Positions 39,538 through 50,267 of a DNA stretch of 64,000 nt are shown here, one piece after another. Position numbers and translations under genes: made by a program. A model generated the notes under the pieces. It worked only from the letters and a program-made list of their open reading frames with translations. It was not told the DNA's origin and searched no databases. The stretch is from the NCBI GenBank assembly GCA_038888155.1, contig JAWAJB010000003.1:96001-160000 (forward strand), given 5' to 3'. The DNA is from Desulfurococcaceae archaeon (GTDB taxonomy: Archaea; Thermoproteota; Thermoprotei_A; Sulfolobales; Desulfurococcaceae). The stretch's first letter is position 1, and each line of letters starts with the position of its first letter.

Positions 39538-41475
39538 TTAAGAAGTTAAATTAATTGAGTCTAAGTTTGACGGAGTGTATATCTTCTCCACGAACTGCCT
39601 TATCTCCCTAGATTTGCGTAAAAGCGCTGCAAGCGCTTCAATGGAGTTCCTCTCACCGTGATTAAGTATAATTGTCTTTGGCTTCGGGTTCATGTCGCGC
39701 ACGTACGCGAGAAGCTCCCTTTGATCGCTGTGGCCGCTGAACCCATCAATGCTGTGTACTTCTAGTTGCACCTTGATGACCTCAACTCTGTTCTCAGAAA
39801 CTGTTGGGACTTCCTTAATTCCGTCCTTCACCGACCTTCCAAGAGTTCCCTCTGCTTGGTAGCCCACGAAGACAATTGCGTTTTTAGGGTCGCTAGCTAG
39901 TAGCTTGAAGTAATCTACAGCCGGCCCTCCGTTCAACATGCCGCTTGTCGCGATTATTATAGAGGGCCTATCCTCTATTACGTCTGGTCTAGCAACAGGG
40001 CCTTCAAGTATCTTTACATTACTAGTTATAAATGGGTTCTCGCCATCGTAAATAGCGTCTCTTATTTTCTTGTTCAAGTACTCTGGGTACTGGAGGTGTA
40101 TTGCTGTCACCTCGTTTACCAGCCCCTCCACGTAGATGTTCATTCTCGGTATTAAGCCCTGCTCAATTGCGCTGTTCAAGATCAACATGATTTCCTGCCC
40201 TCTGCCGGCTGCAAATACAGGTATCAGCATTATACCGTTCCGCTCAGCAACTCTCTTAGCTATCTCAACAAGCCTTGACTCAGCGCTAGACCTTGACTCC
40301 TGTATGGTAGCGCCGTACGTGCTCTCCATTATCAGCGCTTCTGCCCTAGGGAACACTACGTTTGCCCTGCTAAGTAGCCTTGAGTCAGCGTACTTGAAGT
40401 CCCCAGTATAAACAACATTGTACATGCCCATTCCTATGTGCAGGTGCACTATAGCCGAGCCCAGCAAGTGCCCTCCGTTGTACATTGTCAGCTTTATATC
40501 CGGCGCTACGTCAGTTACTTCGTCGTAGTCCACTGCAATCGTGTGTAAAAGCGTTGATACGAGGTCTTTCTCTCCGTAAGGCAGGTACTTCCCCGATGTC
40601 CTAGACACGTCTAAGAGGTCCTTTAACATAATAGTTAAGAGCTCTCTAGTTGGCTTCGTCACGTAAACAGGGCCGCGGTACCCGTACTTGTACAGCAGGG
40701 GAAGCGATCCAATGTGGTCTAAGTGCGCGTGAGTTACTATTATTCCATCGAGCTCATCGAGTTTAAGCATATCTATTAGCGGGTAAGCTCTATTGGGGTC
40801 GTCGAAGGTGCCTACGTTTATCCCGAAGTCGAGGAGGGCCTTGCTCTCTCGGGTTTCAACTAGAATAGCTGACCTCCCTACCTCCATGAAGCCGCCTAAG
40901 GATGTTATCCTCGCATAGTTGTTCTTGTATATTATATCCCTGTGAACTCTATCCCCTAGCTCTCTGAGGAAATCCAACCTGTAAGAGCTCTGCTTCAGTA
41001 TAATTGAAGTTACCTCCTTTAGCGTCTTTGACTCAAACGGGGTTGTCCTCAGAGGTATAACTCTCCACCCCGTCTCGGCGAGGAGGACGTTTCTAAACAT
41101 GCTGTTCTTCCCCACTAGGAGTCCCGGCTTCTCTGCTTTAACAATAACTTCCCCGCTTGCATCGTCAAAGAAGATCTCGCTTGGGTCAACGCCAGCCTCT
41201 TTAGGCGCGTGCTCGAGTATTTTCTTCTTGGCCTCAACGGGGTCTAGTCTAACTTCACCTGAAACTCTCAACACAATTCTCTTGCGCACTTTCTTCGCGA
41301 TATTCTGGGCTAGCATGGGGTGCTTTACGAGGGCAGCTCTGTTCTTAACGTAGATCACAATGAAGGGACCTTCGAACTCTATGCTGGCTAGCCCGAGGTC
41401 TTCAGGTATCTCTTCCATTATGCTCTTCAACAACGTTAATTTGTTCTTATCTAGTAAAACTCTACCTGATTTCAC
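39538..41475 (-). CDS. Beta-CASP ribonuclease aCPSF1 (FttA), KH + MBL domains
   Basis: IEFEGP, KPGLLVGK, LGG..EVGRS, THAHLDH, GHLLGS, MESTYG, FSGHSD, LNHGE. Confidence 0.95.
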   Translation of the reverse strand: MKSGRVLLDKNKLTLLKSIMEEIPEDLGLASIEFEGPFIVIYVKNRAALVKHPMLAQNIAKKVRKRIVLRVSGEVRLDPVEAKKKILEHAPKEAGVDPSEIFFDDASGEVIVKAEKPGLLVGKNSMFRNVLLAETGWRVIPLRTTPFESKTLKEVTSIILKQSSYRLDFLRELGDRVHRDIIYKNNYARITSLGGFMEVGRSAILVETRESKALLDFGINVGTFDDPNRAYPLIDMLKLDELDGIIVTHAHLDHIGSLPLLYKYGYRGPVYVTKPTRELLTIMLKDLLDVSRTSGKYLPYGEKDLVSTLLHTIAVDYDEVTDVAPDIKLTMYNGGHLLGSAIVHLHIGMGMYNVVYTGDFKYADSRLLSRANVVFPRAEALIMESTYGATIQESRSSAESRLVEIAKRVAERNGIMLIPVFAAGRGQEIMLILNSAIEQGLIPRMNIYVEGLVNEVTAIHLQYPEYLNKKIRDAIYDGENPFITSNVKILEGPVARPDVIEDRPSIIIATSGMLNGGPAVDYFKLLASDPKNAIVFVGYQAEGTLGRSVKDGIKEVPTVSENRVEVIKVQLEVHSIDGFSGHSDQRELLAYVRDMNPKPKTIILNHGERNSIEALAALLRKSREIRQFVEKIYTPSNLDSINLTS

Positions 41476-41565
41476 GTTTAACCCCTTAGGATGGAAGCAG
41501 TTAACTAGTTAAGTAGCTATTGGTTTATATATTACAGGGCTTTTTAAATGTAACCACCAAATCGC

Positions 41566-42189
41566 TTAAGTCAGGGGCTCTAGGGCTTTCTTGAACTTAA
41601 TGGTTTCCTCTTTTAGTACTCCATCTTTGCCTATTACTAGCACGTCAACCCCCTCGCCCGAGAAGCTATCCCTACCTAGAGCGCTAGTTACTGCCCTAGC
41701 TGCTAGGTTAACAGCATCCTCTACGGGCAGGTTTTCCCTGTAGCCTGACTCCAGTACTCCTAGGGCTATTGGGGAGCCGCTGCCAGTTGCAGCGTATTTC
41801 TCCTTAGTGACTGTTCCATAAAGGTCTAAGTAGTAGAGGCTGGGACCTTCCTTGTCGTAGCCCCCAAGCAGGAGCTGGACAATAAATGGGTAAACCCTTA
41901 AGTACAACGAGAGGGTAAGAGATAGATAATTGGCTAGGCTGCTAATGCTTAGGGCCCTACCAGTGCTAACTTCGTACTTCTTCGCGAAAAACCTAGCGTT
42001 TTCAACGATGAACTGAGCGTCAGCTACTAAGCCAGAAATAGTGAGGGCAGCCCTCTCGTTCACCTTTGATATCTTTCTCACATCCTTGTGGTAGATAGCT
42101 GCGCCCGCCGTTGCTCTCTTATCGGCAGCTAAAACAACGTAGCTACCCGTTGTAATGCCGACCGTTGTAGTCTTAGACTCTGCTTTCAT
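41566..42189 (-). CDS. psmB: Proteasome beta subunit, catalytic type
   Basis: Short propeptide then TTTVG, AADKRAT, GLVADAQ, TGSGS. Confidence 0.95.
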   Translation of the reverse strand: MKAESKTTTVGITTGSYVVLAADKRATAGAAIYHKDVRKISKVNERAALTISGLVADAQFIVENARFFAKKYEVSTGRALSISSLANYLSLTLSLYLRVYPFIVQLLLGGYDKEGPSLYYLDLYGTVTKEKYAATGSGSPIALGVLESGYRENLPVEDAVNLAARAVTSALGRDSFSGEGVDVLVIGKDGVLKEETIKFKKALEPLT

Positions 42190-42264
42190 CTAAGCTGCAC
42201 CTGAGTCAGTTTAAGCAACTGTTTTTACTTTTATTACATGCTCACTTAATATAGCTATCGAGAA

Positions 42265-43329
42265 GTGGTGGCCTTGAGCGACGTCCACGAAATTAAGTTG
42301 CCAATGAAGGTTATTGTGGGGAGCCAGGCTGTAGTCAAAGTCGTTGAAGTGCTAAGGGACATCAGCAGCCAACGCATTCGCATAGGCATTGTGACGGGGG
42401 AGAGCACGTACAGAGCTGGCGGTCGCTTGGTAGAGGAGCTCTTGGGCGAGAGCGCTGATATTACCACTTGGATTGTCCGAGAATCTGTTCTGCAAACAGC
42501 AAAAGAGATCTCCAGTAAAGTCGCTGAAAGCAAGGTAAAAGTGCTTCTAGGCGTGGGAGGAGGCAAGCCCATTGATATAGCCAAGTACGCTGGACACAGC
42601 GCGGGCGTGCCCGTGATAAGCGTGCCCCTTTCGCCCAGTCACGACGGCATTGCAAGCCCATTTTCAAGCATTAGGGGCACGGAGCGGTCGTACAGCATGT
42701 ACACAGCTGTCCCCTACGCAGTTGTAGCAGACATAGACTTAATATCGAGGGCCCCTAAGAGGCTCATATTATCCGGTCTGGGCGACCTCCTGGGGAAGTT
42801 AGTCTCAGTTAAGGACTGGGCTTTAGCTCACAGGCTACGAGGAGAATACTACGGCGAGTACGCTGCCCAGCTTGCTCTCCTGAGCGCAAAGCACGTCATG
42901 AAGTATCACGAGTTAATAGCAAGCGCAACTCCAGAGGGCATTAGGGTGCTCGTTGAGGCCCTAATAAGCAGCGGGGTCTCAATGTGTATTGCGGGCTCGA
43001 GCAGGCCAGCTAGCGGTAGCGAGCACTTATTTGCTCACGCCCTTGAACTACTGGCGCCAGGCAAGGTGCTTCACGGCGAGGCTGTTGCCCTCGGCACTGT
43101 AGCCATGCTATACGTATACGGGGATCCCCTGTGGGCAAAGGTCAAGGAGATCGTGAGGAAAGTAGGGCTACCCTCTACAGCCAAAGAGCTAAATGTACCA
43201 GGGGAAACGCTCGTTAAGGCGCTCACAATAGCTCACACTATTAGGCCAGAGCGCTATACTATATTAGGCGAAAAAGGGCTATCAAGGGAGGCAGCTCTTA
43301 GAGTTCTCGAGGGGACGGGTATATTGTAG
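42265..43329 (+). CDS. egsA: sn-glycerol-1-phosphate dehydrogenase
   Basis: GGGKPIDIAK, SHDGIASP, SSRPASGSEH, LHGE, RPERYTIL. Confidence 0.95.
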   Translation: MVALSDVHEIKLPMKVIVGSQAVVKVVEVLRDISSQRIRIGIVTGESTYRAGGRLVEELLGESADITTWIVRESVLQTAKEISSKVAESKVKVLLGVGGGKPIDIAKYAGHSAGVPVISVPLSPSHDGIASPFSSIRGTERSYSMYTAVPYAVVADIDLISRAPKRLILSGLGDLLGKLVSVKDWALAHRLRGEYYGEYAAQLALLSAKHVMKYHELIASATPEGIRVLVEALISSGVSMCIAGSSRPASGSEHLFAHALELLAPGKVLHGEAVALGTVAMLYVYGDPLWAKVKEIVRKVGLPSTAKELNVPGETLVKALTIAHTIRPERYTILGEKGLSREAALRVLEGTGIL

Positions 43330-43333
43330 TACT

Positions 43334-44026
43334 CTAAGGCCTCTTTATTACCTCTTGGAACACTAGCACGCTCACGCTGTCCTTGAACAAGTCAAATACG
43401 TCTGCTGCTAGCGCTAGCTTAGCGTAGTTAATGTTCTCGTGGGATATATATTTGCTGGGCAGAGTTATTGTTAATTTCTTCTCGCTCTCCTCATAGCTGA
43501 CTCCCAGCTCCTCGCCAGGTATTCTGAGGTGCCTGACGGCTAAGTTCTTTAGCTTTTCGAGGGCATCCTCGAGCTTCCTCAAAACCTTTACCTTGTACGT
43601 GAGGACCTTTCCTGCAAGCGGATGGTTAAAGTCTACAACTACTCTACCCCCGCTGATCTGCTTCACAATACCGCGCGAACCGCCAATCTCTACGGCGTCT
43701 CCGATTTTCACGCTGTATCCTCTTCTCTGGAACTCCCTCAAGCTAAATACTCTTACCTTGTTTGGATCTCTTTCTCCGAAGGCCTTATCCGGCGGAACCT
43801 CTATTTCTCTCTCTTCGTTTTCATTCATTTGAGTGATTTCATCTTCTACAAAAGGGTTGACCCAGCTTTTCCCCAGAACTACTAAAGTAGGGCCGTAGAC
43901 CTTACCGGACTCGAAGATGTTCTCCTTCTTAGCTAGCTCTGCGTCAGTTGTGTCTATTACAGTGTTTGTATCCTTTATCTTAACTGTGTACTCTACTAGC
44001 ACGAAATCCCCCTTTGCGAGAGGCAT
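43334..44026 (-). CDS. FKBP-type peptidyl-prolyl isomerase (long archaeal SlyD-like)
   Basis: GDFVLVEYT, IDTT, PDKAFGERD, VDFNHPLAGK. Confidence 0.93.
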   Translation of the reverse strand: MPLAKGDFVLVEYTVKIKDTNTVIDTTDAELAKKENIFESGKVYGPTLVVLGKSWVNPFVEDEITQMNENEEREIEVPPDKAFGERDPNKVRVFSLREFQRRGYSVKIGDAVEIGGSRGIVKQISGGRVVVDFNHPLAGKVLTYKVKVLRKLEDALEKLKNLAVRHLRIPGEELGVSYEESEKKLTITLPSKYISHENINYAKLALAADVFDLFKDSVSVLVFQEVIKRP

Positions 44027-44218
44027 AGCTCACACCTTAACCAGCGAATTCACAAGTGTAACAAGTCTTAATAAGCATAATAAATACACTTGAGTAAGTT
44101 GTTACCTCAGCGCACAGCTAACTAGCGGCGCATTGTGCGGAATCGAGTTTTTAAATCCTTGATAGTTTTAAGTAGTTTAGGCTTCAAGGTTGGAGCTCAT
44201 TAAGCAAGGTGTTTTAAG

Positions 44219-44446
44219 TTGAGCGATACTGCGCACAAGATACTCGAGGAGAACATTGGAAACATTGTGTTAATCAAGACAAGAGAGGGCATTTCACTTA
44301 GGGGAAGGCTCAGAAGCTTTGACCAACACTTGAACATAGTCCTAGAGGAAACTGAGGAGATTAGGAGCGAGGAATCTCCCCGCAAGCTTGGAACAGTTGT
44401 CGTAAGGGGGGACAACGTAATATTGATCTCCCCCGTAACTGAGTGA
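44219..44446 (+). CDS. Sm-like archaeal protein SmAP1
   Basis: G.L.SFDQHLNIVL, VVRGDNV; upstream of rpl37e as is typical. Confidence 0.93.
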   Translation: MSDTAHKILEENIGNIVLIKTREGISLRGRLRSFDQHLNIVLEETEEIRSEESPRKLGTVVVRGDNVILISPVTE

Positions 44447-44464
44447 GAGTAGAGGTGCATTAAC

Positions 44465-44653
44465 GTGGTCAAGGGGACTGCAAGCCTCGGTAAGCGCGGG
44501 AGGAGCAAGACTCACATAAGGTGTAGGAGATGTGGAAGGCACAGCTTTAACGTAGCTAAGGGCTACTGTGCAGCTTGCGGCTTTGGTAGGAGCAAGAGGA
44601 TAAGGAGGTACAGTTGGCAGAACAAGAAGGTCAGCGGGGTAAGGATAGTTTAA
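44465..44653 (+). CDS. rpl37e: 50S ribosomal protein L37e
   Basis: [24 protein letters not shown]. Confidence 0.97.
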   Translation: MVKGTASLGKRGRSKTHIRCRRCGRHSFNVAKGYCAACGFGRSKRIRRYSWQNKKVSGVRIV

Positions 44654-44729
44654 AAAGCCCCTATTTTAATTCTTAACCACAGTGTTATACAGAGTGATTT
44701 CTCTGTATTCCTACCTCGGTGAAGAAGCA

Positions 44730-45932
44730 ATGGCGAAATACCTCATTAAGGCTAAAATAGTTATTGATGGAGTTGTTGAAAAGCACGATATTATAGGCGC
44801 GCTCTTTGGACAGACTGAAGGCCTCTTGGGGAGCGAGTTCGACTTAAGGAACCTCCAGGATAAGGGCAGAGTTGGGAGAATTCAGGTTAACACGAAAACC
44901 CACAGCAACAAAACTGTTGGAGAGGTCCTAATACCTAGCAACCTAGATAGGATCGAGACAGCCCTTTTGGCGGCAATGATCGAGACTGTTGATAGAGTTG
45001 GACCTTACGATGCCGAAGTAAAGGTAGTTGATATACACGACCTCAGGATGGAGAGAATCAAGAAGGTAGTTGAGAGAAGCGTAGAGTTGCTAAGAGTATG
45101 GGGAAAGGAGAGAACTCCAGACGTCAAGGAGGTAATTAGAAGCATACAGGAACAACTAAAGGCCCCCGAGCCTATATTATATGGCCCTGAGGAGTTGCCC
45201 GCTGGGCCTGATATTGAAAAAAGCGACACAATTATAGTAGTAGAGGGAAGAGCAGATGTAATAAACCTGCTGAAATACGGCTACACGAACGTAATTGCCC
45301 TCGGGGGGGCTAGGAGGGTACCAGAAACAATTAAGTCGCTCTCCTCAAATAAGAAGGTAATTGTAATGGTCGATGGCGACCATGCAGGGGAGCTAATCCT
45401 AAAGGAAGCCTTGAGGTCACTGAAAGTAGACTACATTGCTCGAGCCCCTGAAGGCCGTGAAGTAGAGGAGCTAACTAGCAAGGAGATCGAGGAGACGCTC
45501 AGTAGAGCCCAGCCCGCCCTAGAGTACCTCGAGAGCAAAGCGAAGCAAGAAAATAAGGAAGCTCTATCGCTACTCCAAACTCAGCGGAAACTGCACAAAG
45601 TGCCCGAGGAGCTTGTGGAGTCAGCCACAATAACGGTCCCTAACAATATCATAGAGAGCTTAAAGGCCCTCCAGGGCACCCTTGAGTCAGTCGTCTACGC
45701 GAGCGATTGGACTGAGATTAAAAGGCTTCCAGTTCGAGACTTAGTCGCAGAGCTCGAGGCTTTTGAGCCTGGAAAAGCCTACGCAGTTGTTCTAGACGGA
45801 ATTATAACTCAAAGGCTCGTTAATGTAGCTACTAGCAAGAACATTAAATTAATTGTTGGAGCTAGGGTTGGAAAGCTACAGCTTAAACCGGCTGAGCCAA
45901 CCTTTATAACTTTCAACGAGCTCGCGCCCTAA
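44730..45932 (+). CDS. dnaG: Archaeal DnaG (TOPRIM; exosome-associated)
   Basis: KY.I.A..GVVEK.D..GA.FGQTEGLLG, VVEGRADV, DGD..G..I, DGIITQRL. Confidence 0.95.
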   Translation: MAKYLIKAKIVIDGVVEKHDIIGALFGQTEGLLGSEFDLRNLQDKGRVGRIQVNTKTHSNKTVGEVLIPSNLDRIETALLAAMIETVDRVGPYDAEVKVVDIHDLRMERIKKVVERSVELLRVWGKERTPDVKEVIRSIQEQLKAPEPILYGPEELPAGPDIEKSDTIIVVEGRADVINLLKYGYTNVIALGGARRVPETIKSLSSNKKVIVMVDGDHAGELILKEALRSLKVDYIARAPEGREVEELTSKEIEETLSRAQPALEYLESKAKQENKEALSLLQTQRKLHKVPEELVESATITVPNNIIESLKALQGTLESVVYASDWTEIKRLPVRDLVAELEAFEPGKAYAVVLDGIITQRLVNVATSKNIKLIVGARVGKLQLKPAEPTFITFNELAP

Positions 45933-48323
45933 TTATTTTTTACCGAAGTACTCAAGTAAGCTCCTCTTACCAGCGCTAGTCTTCTTTAGCTGCATATCTG
46001 TTACCCCAAAGCACTCAAGAATTCTAAGCGCGGCCGGCACTATTTGGTGATCGATGTAGTAGTTGTAGTCTATGATCTTGGGGTCCTTTACGAGCATGTA
46101 AGGCTCAGATCTATCTGATATCCTGCCGGACCCCTTGACAACAACAAACCCAACCTTATCCCCTATATCCACTTTAAACCCCTGCCTCATCAGCTTCTTG
46201 GCTACGCTCAGGTGCGGCGTTTCAGCGTCGTACTCCTCAATAGGCTTAGTGAGGGTCTTCCATATGACTAGCTTTCCTAGCGGTATTCTCCCCTGCGCTA
46301 AATCCGAGATCACCCCCCTAACGTAATCAACTGCCCTGTCAACGCTTCCCTCCTTGAGGATTATCTCTGTAACCTTCTCCTGGACTTCTTTGGCGATCTC
46401 AGCCCAGTCCCCCCTTACGGCCTCGAACCCCACGATGTCAATTCTATTGTCGCCTAAGAGGCCTGCGTACCTCTTCTTAGCCTCACTGAAGAACACTCTC
46501 TTGTATACCTTGTCTACTTTAATTTCGAAACCTAGTTCCCTCTCTACGAGATCAACTAGTCCCTTTATCTTGTCCGGCTCGTACGACACAAATAGCGAGT
46601 CGGTGTCCCCGTAAATCACCTTCAACTCTAAACTCCCTGCAAGCTCTATTGCCTTCTTGATTAATCGCCTCCCCCACGCTGTTACAGCTTCTGCGCACTC
46701 GCGGCAATACCACCTAGCGGCAACCCAGCCCATGTATCCATAGGCGGCGTTTGCAAGTATTTTAACTGCGCGTTGCCGCTCATCAAGTAGCCTATGCTCG
46801 TACGTACCTGGAGGATGCTTCTTCATTTCCTCTCTAATGGATTTTCTAAGCTCTAGGAGCTTGGTTAAGACGCTCTTGAAGAAACCAGGAGGAGCGGCCC
46901 TAAAGCAGTGCCTCACCTCGGGGGCCACGTAGCTCTCCTCCTCATTGCACCCCTTGTTCCTTATAATAGTGTCAGGACCTACGTTGTACTTAATCATTAT
47001 GCTCGGGTACATGCTCGTGAAGTCCAGCACAGCAATATTCTCGTGTATACCTGACAGAGGCCGAAGAACTATAGCGCCCTTATATGGCTCTACCTCTTTT
47101 TCCTCTCTATTTGGTATTAGCTCGTTCCGCTTTGATGCCTCGTACATTAAGAACCACTCTAGCCTGTAGCCAACGCTAGCTGTCCCCACTTGATCTAGCG
47201 GGAGCCTAGTCAAGTACGAGAGCTGGACTGCAAACGGGAGGAACTTCTCGCCGAGGCCAAGTGTAGCGAGCGTGTCGTCTAGGTTGTACTTCAGTAGCTC
47301 CTGCCTCCTATCGCGGTCTTTCCAGTACTTTGGGAAATCGCTGTAATCTACAAGCGTCCTCTCGTTCCGCTTCATCACTCCGAGGTAGTCTGCCACTATG
47401 TCGAGGCTCTTTAGCTTGATCTCAGGTATCTCCTCGGCGTAATTCAACAGGTCGACGTTAAGCCTGCCGGGAACAGAGACGTGCCCATAAGTGCTCGTAG
47501 TAGGGGGCGAGCCCTTTCTCCTCCCTATATCCAGCCTGAGGCCGTGCACTTTTGCTCTCTCGAGCATGTAAGGCCAGTCAAATGCGTTGCTGTTGTATCC
47601 GAGGAGTATGTCTGGGTCGTAATTCAGCAAGTACTCGGAGAACTCTGAGATCACTTTGCTGTCGTCTACTTCATCTGCAACGAACTGCCTTACCTCCCCT
47701 CTATCTGTGGCAGTTCCAATTATTATTATAGGGTCTCTGCTAGCTCTAGGCGATGTGTGCTCGGTGTAGACCTCTATGTCTACAGCCATTACCCTGAGGT
47801 CCTTAGGTGGCGTGGAGTCCTCGAGAGACTTTATTTCCCCAGCCACTTCGTACTCGTCGCTCACCCTATAAGACCCCGTTGACCTTTGCTTAGCCAATTT
47901 AGCTGTGTGCCACCCGCAGGGCCTAAGCTCTTTGTCCAGTATATACCTCATGCTGAACCTTATGTCTGCCTCTAGGACCTCGGAGATACCGCTCAGCTCT
48001 TTCACCTTTTCGCGGTACTTCCTAACAGTTTCGGGAATAACTGTAGTTACTCTCACGGCCTTTACGGGCCTGCCAAAGAACAGCTTGTCTACTTGCTCTA
48101 CTCCAATTAATGGCGACGACCCCTCTGACAGCGATTTAACCTTGTTGATTACGCTTGGCGCCTCAGCCGCCTCGCGCAATACAGCGTAAAAGTACGGCCT
48201 AAAGCCCCTGTCGCGCAGAACAATTCTCCTCCCCTCTCGGTTAATTGCCCACATAATTACGTGAGGCTCTCCCCCCACTACTTCATACGTGACGTCAAGT
48301 AAGTAGAACTCTACTTCCTCCAT
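45933..48323 (-). CDS. polB: Family B DNA polymerase, crenarchaeal PolB3 type, no intein
   Basis: Exo I DIE, Exo II YN...FD, DFTSMYPS, K..AN..YGY, YGDTDS, KKRY; 796 aa. Confidence 0.95.
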   Translation of the reverse strand: MEEVEFYLLDVTYEVVGGEPHVIMWAINREGRRIVLRDRGFRPYFYAVLREAAEAPSVINKVKSLSEGSSPLIGVEQVDKLFFGRPVKAVRVTTVIPETVRKYREKVKELSGISEVLEADIRFSMRYILDKELRPCGWHTAKLAKQRSTGSYRVSDEYEVAGEIKSLEDSTPPKDLRVMAVDIEVYTEHTSPRASRDPIIIIGTATDRGEVRQFVADEVDDSKVISEFSEYLLNYDPDILLGYNSNAFDWPYMLERAKVHGLRLDIGRRKGSPPTTSTYGHVSVPGRLNVDLLNYAEEIPEIKLKSLDIVADYLGVMKRNERTLVDYSDFPKYWKDRDRRQELLKYNLDDTLATLGLGEKFLPFAVQLSYLTRLPLDQVGTASVGYRLEWFLMYEASKRNELIPNREEKEVEPYKGAIVLRPLSGIHENIAVLDFTSMYPSIMIKYNVGPDTIIRNKGCNEEESYVAPEVRHCFRAAPPGFFKSVLTKLLELRKSIREEMKKHPPGTYEHRLLDERQRAVKILANAAYGYMGWVAARWYCRECAEAVTAWGRRLIKKAIELAGSLELKVIYGDTDSLFVSYEPDKIKGLVDLVERELGFEIKVDKVYKRVFFSEAKKRYAGLLGDNRIDIVGFEAVRGDWAEIAKEVQEKVTEIILKEGSVDRAVDYVRGVISDLAQGRIPLGKLVIWKTLTKPIEEYDAETPHLSVAKKLMRQGFKVDIGDKVGFVVVKGSGRISDRSEPYMLVKDPKIIDYNYYIDHQIVPAALRILECFGVTDMQLKKTSAGKRSLLEYFGKK

Positions 48324-48384
48324 GACGACCCTCTTGTTGATAACTACTGTTTAAGAGACTCAAAAACGCTAACCTCTAGTAGTA

Positions 48385-49455
48385 GTGGTAGAGATGCGCA
48401 TAGTAGAGGAAGACCTCAAGAGGGGCTCACTCAAACTGCTAGTAGAGACTCTCGACGACCTGTGGGTTCTCTACAACATAGTAAATGAAGGCGACACTAT
48501 CTACGCAAAGACAACTAGAGAGGTTAAAGTAGGGGATAATTCCCACGGCTCGAGATTACCTATGACTCTGGGGATCAAGGTTCAAAGAGTAGAGTTCCAG
48601 CAATTTAGCGACAAGTTAAGAGTGGGAGGACTTATAGTAAATGGACCCGAGAAGTACGGCGTAAAGGGAAAGCACCATACCCTATCAATTGGAGTTGGCG
48701 ATGTCTTGGTTATAGTTAAGGACAAGTGGGAAGACCCTCAGCTAGAGCTCATCAAGAGGTTCGCAACTAGAAGGGAGGCCCTGCTGATAATTGGTATAGA
48801 CTACGACGAGGTATGCGTGGGAGCCCTAAGCGAGCAGGGCGTGAAGTACCTTTGGGAGGAGGTGCACAACATGCCAAGTAAAATGTACCAAGTTGATTAC
48901 AACGAGCTAGTTAAGGGCTTTGCTGCTCGCGCGTTAAGAGCAGTGGAGGAGATAATACAGCGAGAAGAAGTTAAGGCGGTAATAATAGCGGGGCCGGGGG
49001 ACATGAAGAGCCACTTAAGGTCTGAGCTGCTAAGCAAAATTAGCCTGCCTATATATATAGACTCGACCTCAACTGGCGGGTGTCAAGGGGTTAGAGAAGT
49101 CCTCAATAGGGATGTAGTCAAGGAAGTTGTTAGCGACTTAAATATAGTGAGGGCTAAGGGCGCGCTCGAGGACTTCAAGCGGCTACTCGTACTCGAAGAC
49201 CAACTAGTTGCTTACGGACTAGAAGAAGTTCACCGCGCGTCGCTTATTGGAGCTATTAGCAAGTTGCTCGTAGCGGATGAACTACTCAAGCTCCCCGAAG
49301 AAGAGGAGAGACAGCGGGTACTCGACGCTTTGAGAAATGCCTCCAATCACAGAGCAGAGATAATAGTTGTGCCGAGCAAGAGCGATGTAGGCTTAGAGCT
49401 GCTAGGCTTTGGGGGGATTGTAGCAATTCTCAGGTTCAAGCTAGGCAAGATCTGA
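48385..49455 (+). CDS. pelA: Pelota/Dom34 ribosome rescue factor
   Basis: LDDLW.L, LRV.G.I, HHTL, AGPG, VAYG, GGI.AILRF. Confidence 0.93.
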   Translation: MVEMRIVEEDLKRGSLKLLVETLDDLWVLYNIVNEGDTIYAKTTREVKVGDNSHGSRLPMTLGIKVQRVEFQQFSDKLRVGGLIVNGPEKYGVKGKHHTLSIGVGDVLVIVKDKWEDPQLELIKRFATRREALLIIGIDYDEVCVGALSEQGVKYLWEEVHNMPSKMYQVDYNELVKGFAARALRAVEEIIQREEVKAVIIAGPGDMKSHLRSELLSKISLPIYIDSTSTGGCQGVREVLNRDVVKEVVSDLNIVRAKGALEDFKRLLVLEDQLVAYGLEEVHRASLIGAISKLLVADELLKLPEEEERQRVLDALRNASNHRAEIIVVPSKSDVGLELLGFGGIVAILRFKLGKI

Positions 49456-50160
49456 GTAAGCCCTCCTCAACAGCGGCTTCTCCTTAAGTAGGCGCTTAAC
49501 TCCTTCCTCGAAGCTCTCCCCTGGGAGTAGGGCTAACTTGCCGAAAATGCCCGTTCTACCGGCCTCATCTCTTCTAGTCAGCACTTTAACTCTCTCCTTC
49601 ACTACGCTCACGTCGACCCCAAGAACCCTAGCGGTGTAATCCTCGTAGCCTACAACAGGGGCCTCTAAGTGCCCTCCAGGAGTTGGGAGGATGAGCACAA
49701 GGCTCTTGTTAACCCCGGGGACGCGCTTACCACTTAAGAGCTCGTGCAGGGTTAAGAAACCGCCGAACTTGTAGAACTCCAGCTCATGAGGCTTGTAGTC
49801 TGCGAGCGGGAAGCTGACTGTTACTCGCTCTTCTTGGTCTAGCGCAATGTATGCCTTCAACGTAGTTGTGGGCGTAGCGGCTACTAGGTACTTAGCGTAG
49901 GGTTTAAAGCCAGCCCCCTCTAGCGCTAGCTCAACTGCGTATCCATTAACTCTCCTAGGTATAACTATATCGATATCGCTTTTAGCCCAGACGTCCCCTC
50001 TAGCTAAGCTCCCGTGGAGCCAGGCTTCAATGCCCTTCGTCGAGAAGGCCTCCACGACTCTAATCGCTGTTGACCTCAGCTCCTCTAAGAGCTTCCAGTG
50101 CTCCTCGCTGTAAATTACTTCCCTGAACTCGGGCTTGTACCTAACTTTGACCCTAGACAA
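49441..50160 (-). CDS. Nucleotidyltransferase-domain protein (COG2413-like)
   Basis: HGSLARGDV...SDIDI, EFYKFGG, RVPGVNK.L, RRD..GRTG.F. Confidence 0.85.
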   Translation of the reverse strand: MSRVKVRYKPEFREVIYSEEHWKLLEELRSTAIRVVEAFSTKGIEAWLHGSLARGDVWAKSDIDIVIPRRVNGYAVELALEGAGFKPYAKYLVAATPTTTLKAYIALDQEERVTVSFPLADYKPHELEFYKFGGFLTLHELLSGKRVPGVNKSLVLILPTPGGHLEAPVVGYEDYTARVLGVDVSVVKERVKVLTRRDEAGRTGIFGKLALLPGESFEEGVKRLLKEKPLLRRAYSDLA

Positions 50161-50267
50161 GAGCTTCCCTTTAGTAAGGGATTTTAAAATGGCCTAAAAT
50201 AACAGCTGAATAATTAAGGCGCTAGGTAAATTAACCGCAGAGAAGAATATTATATAGTGGTGTTTCA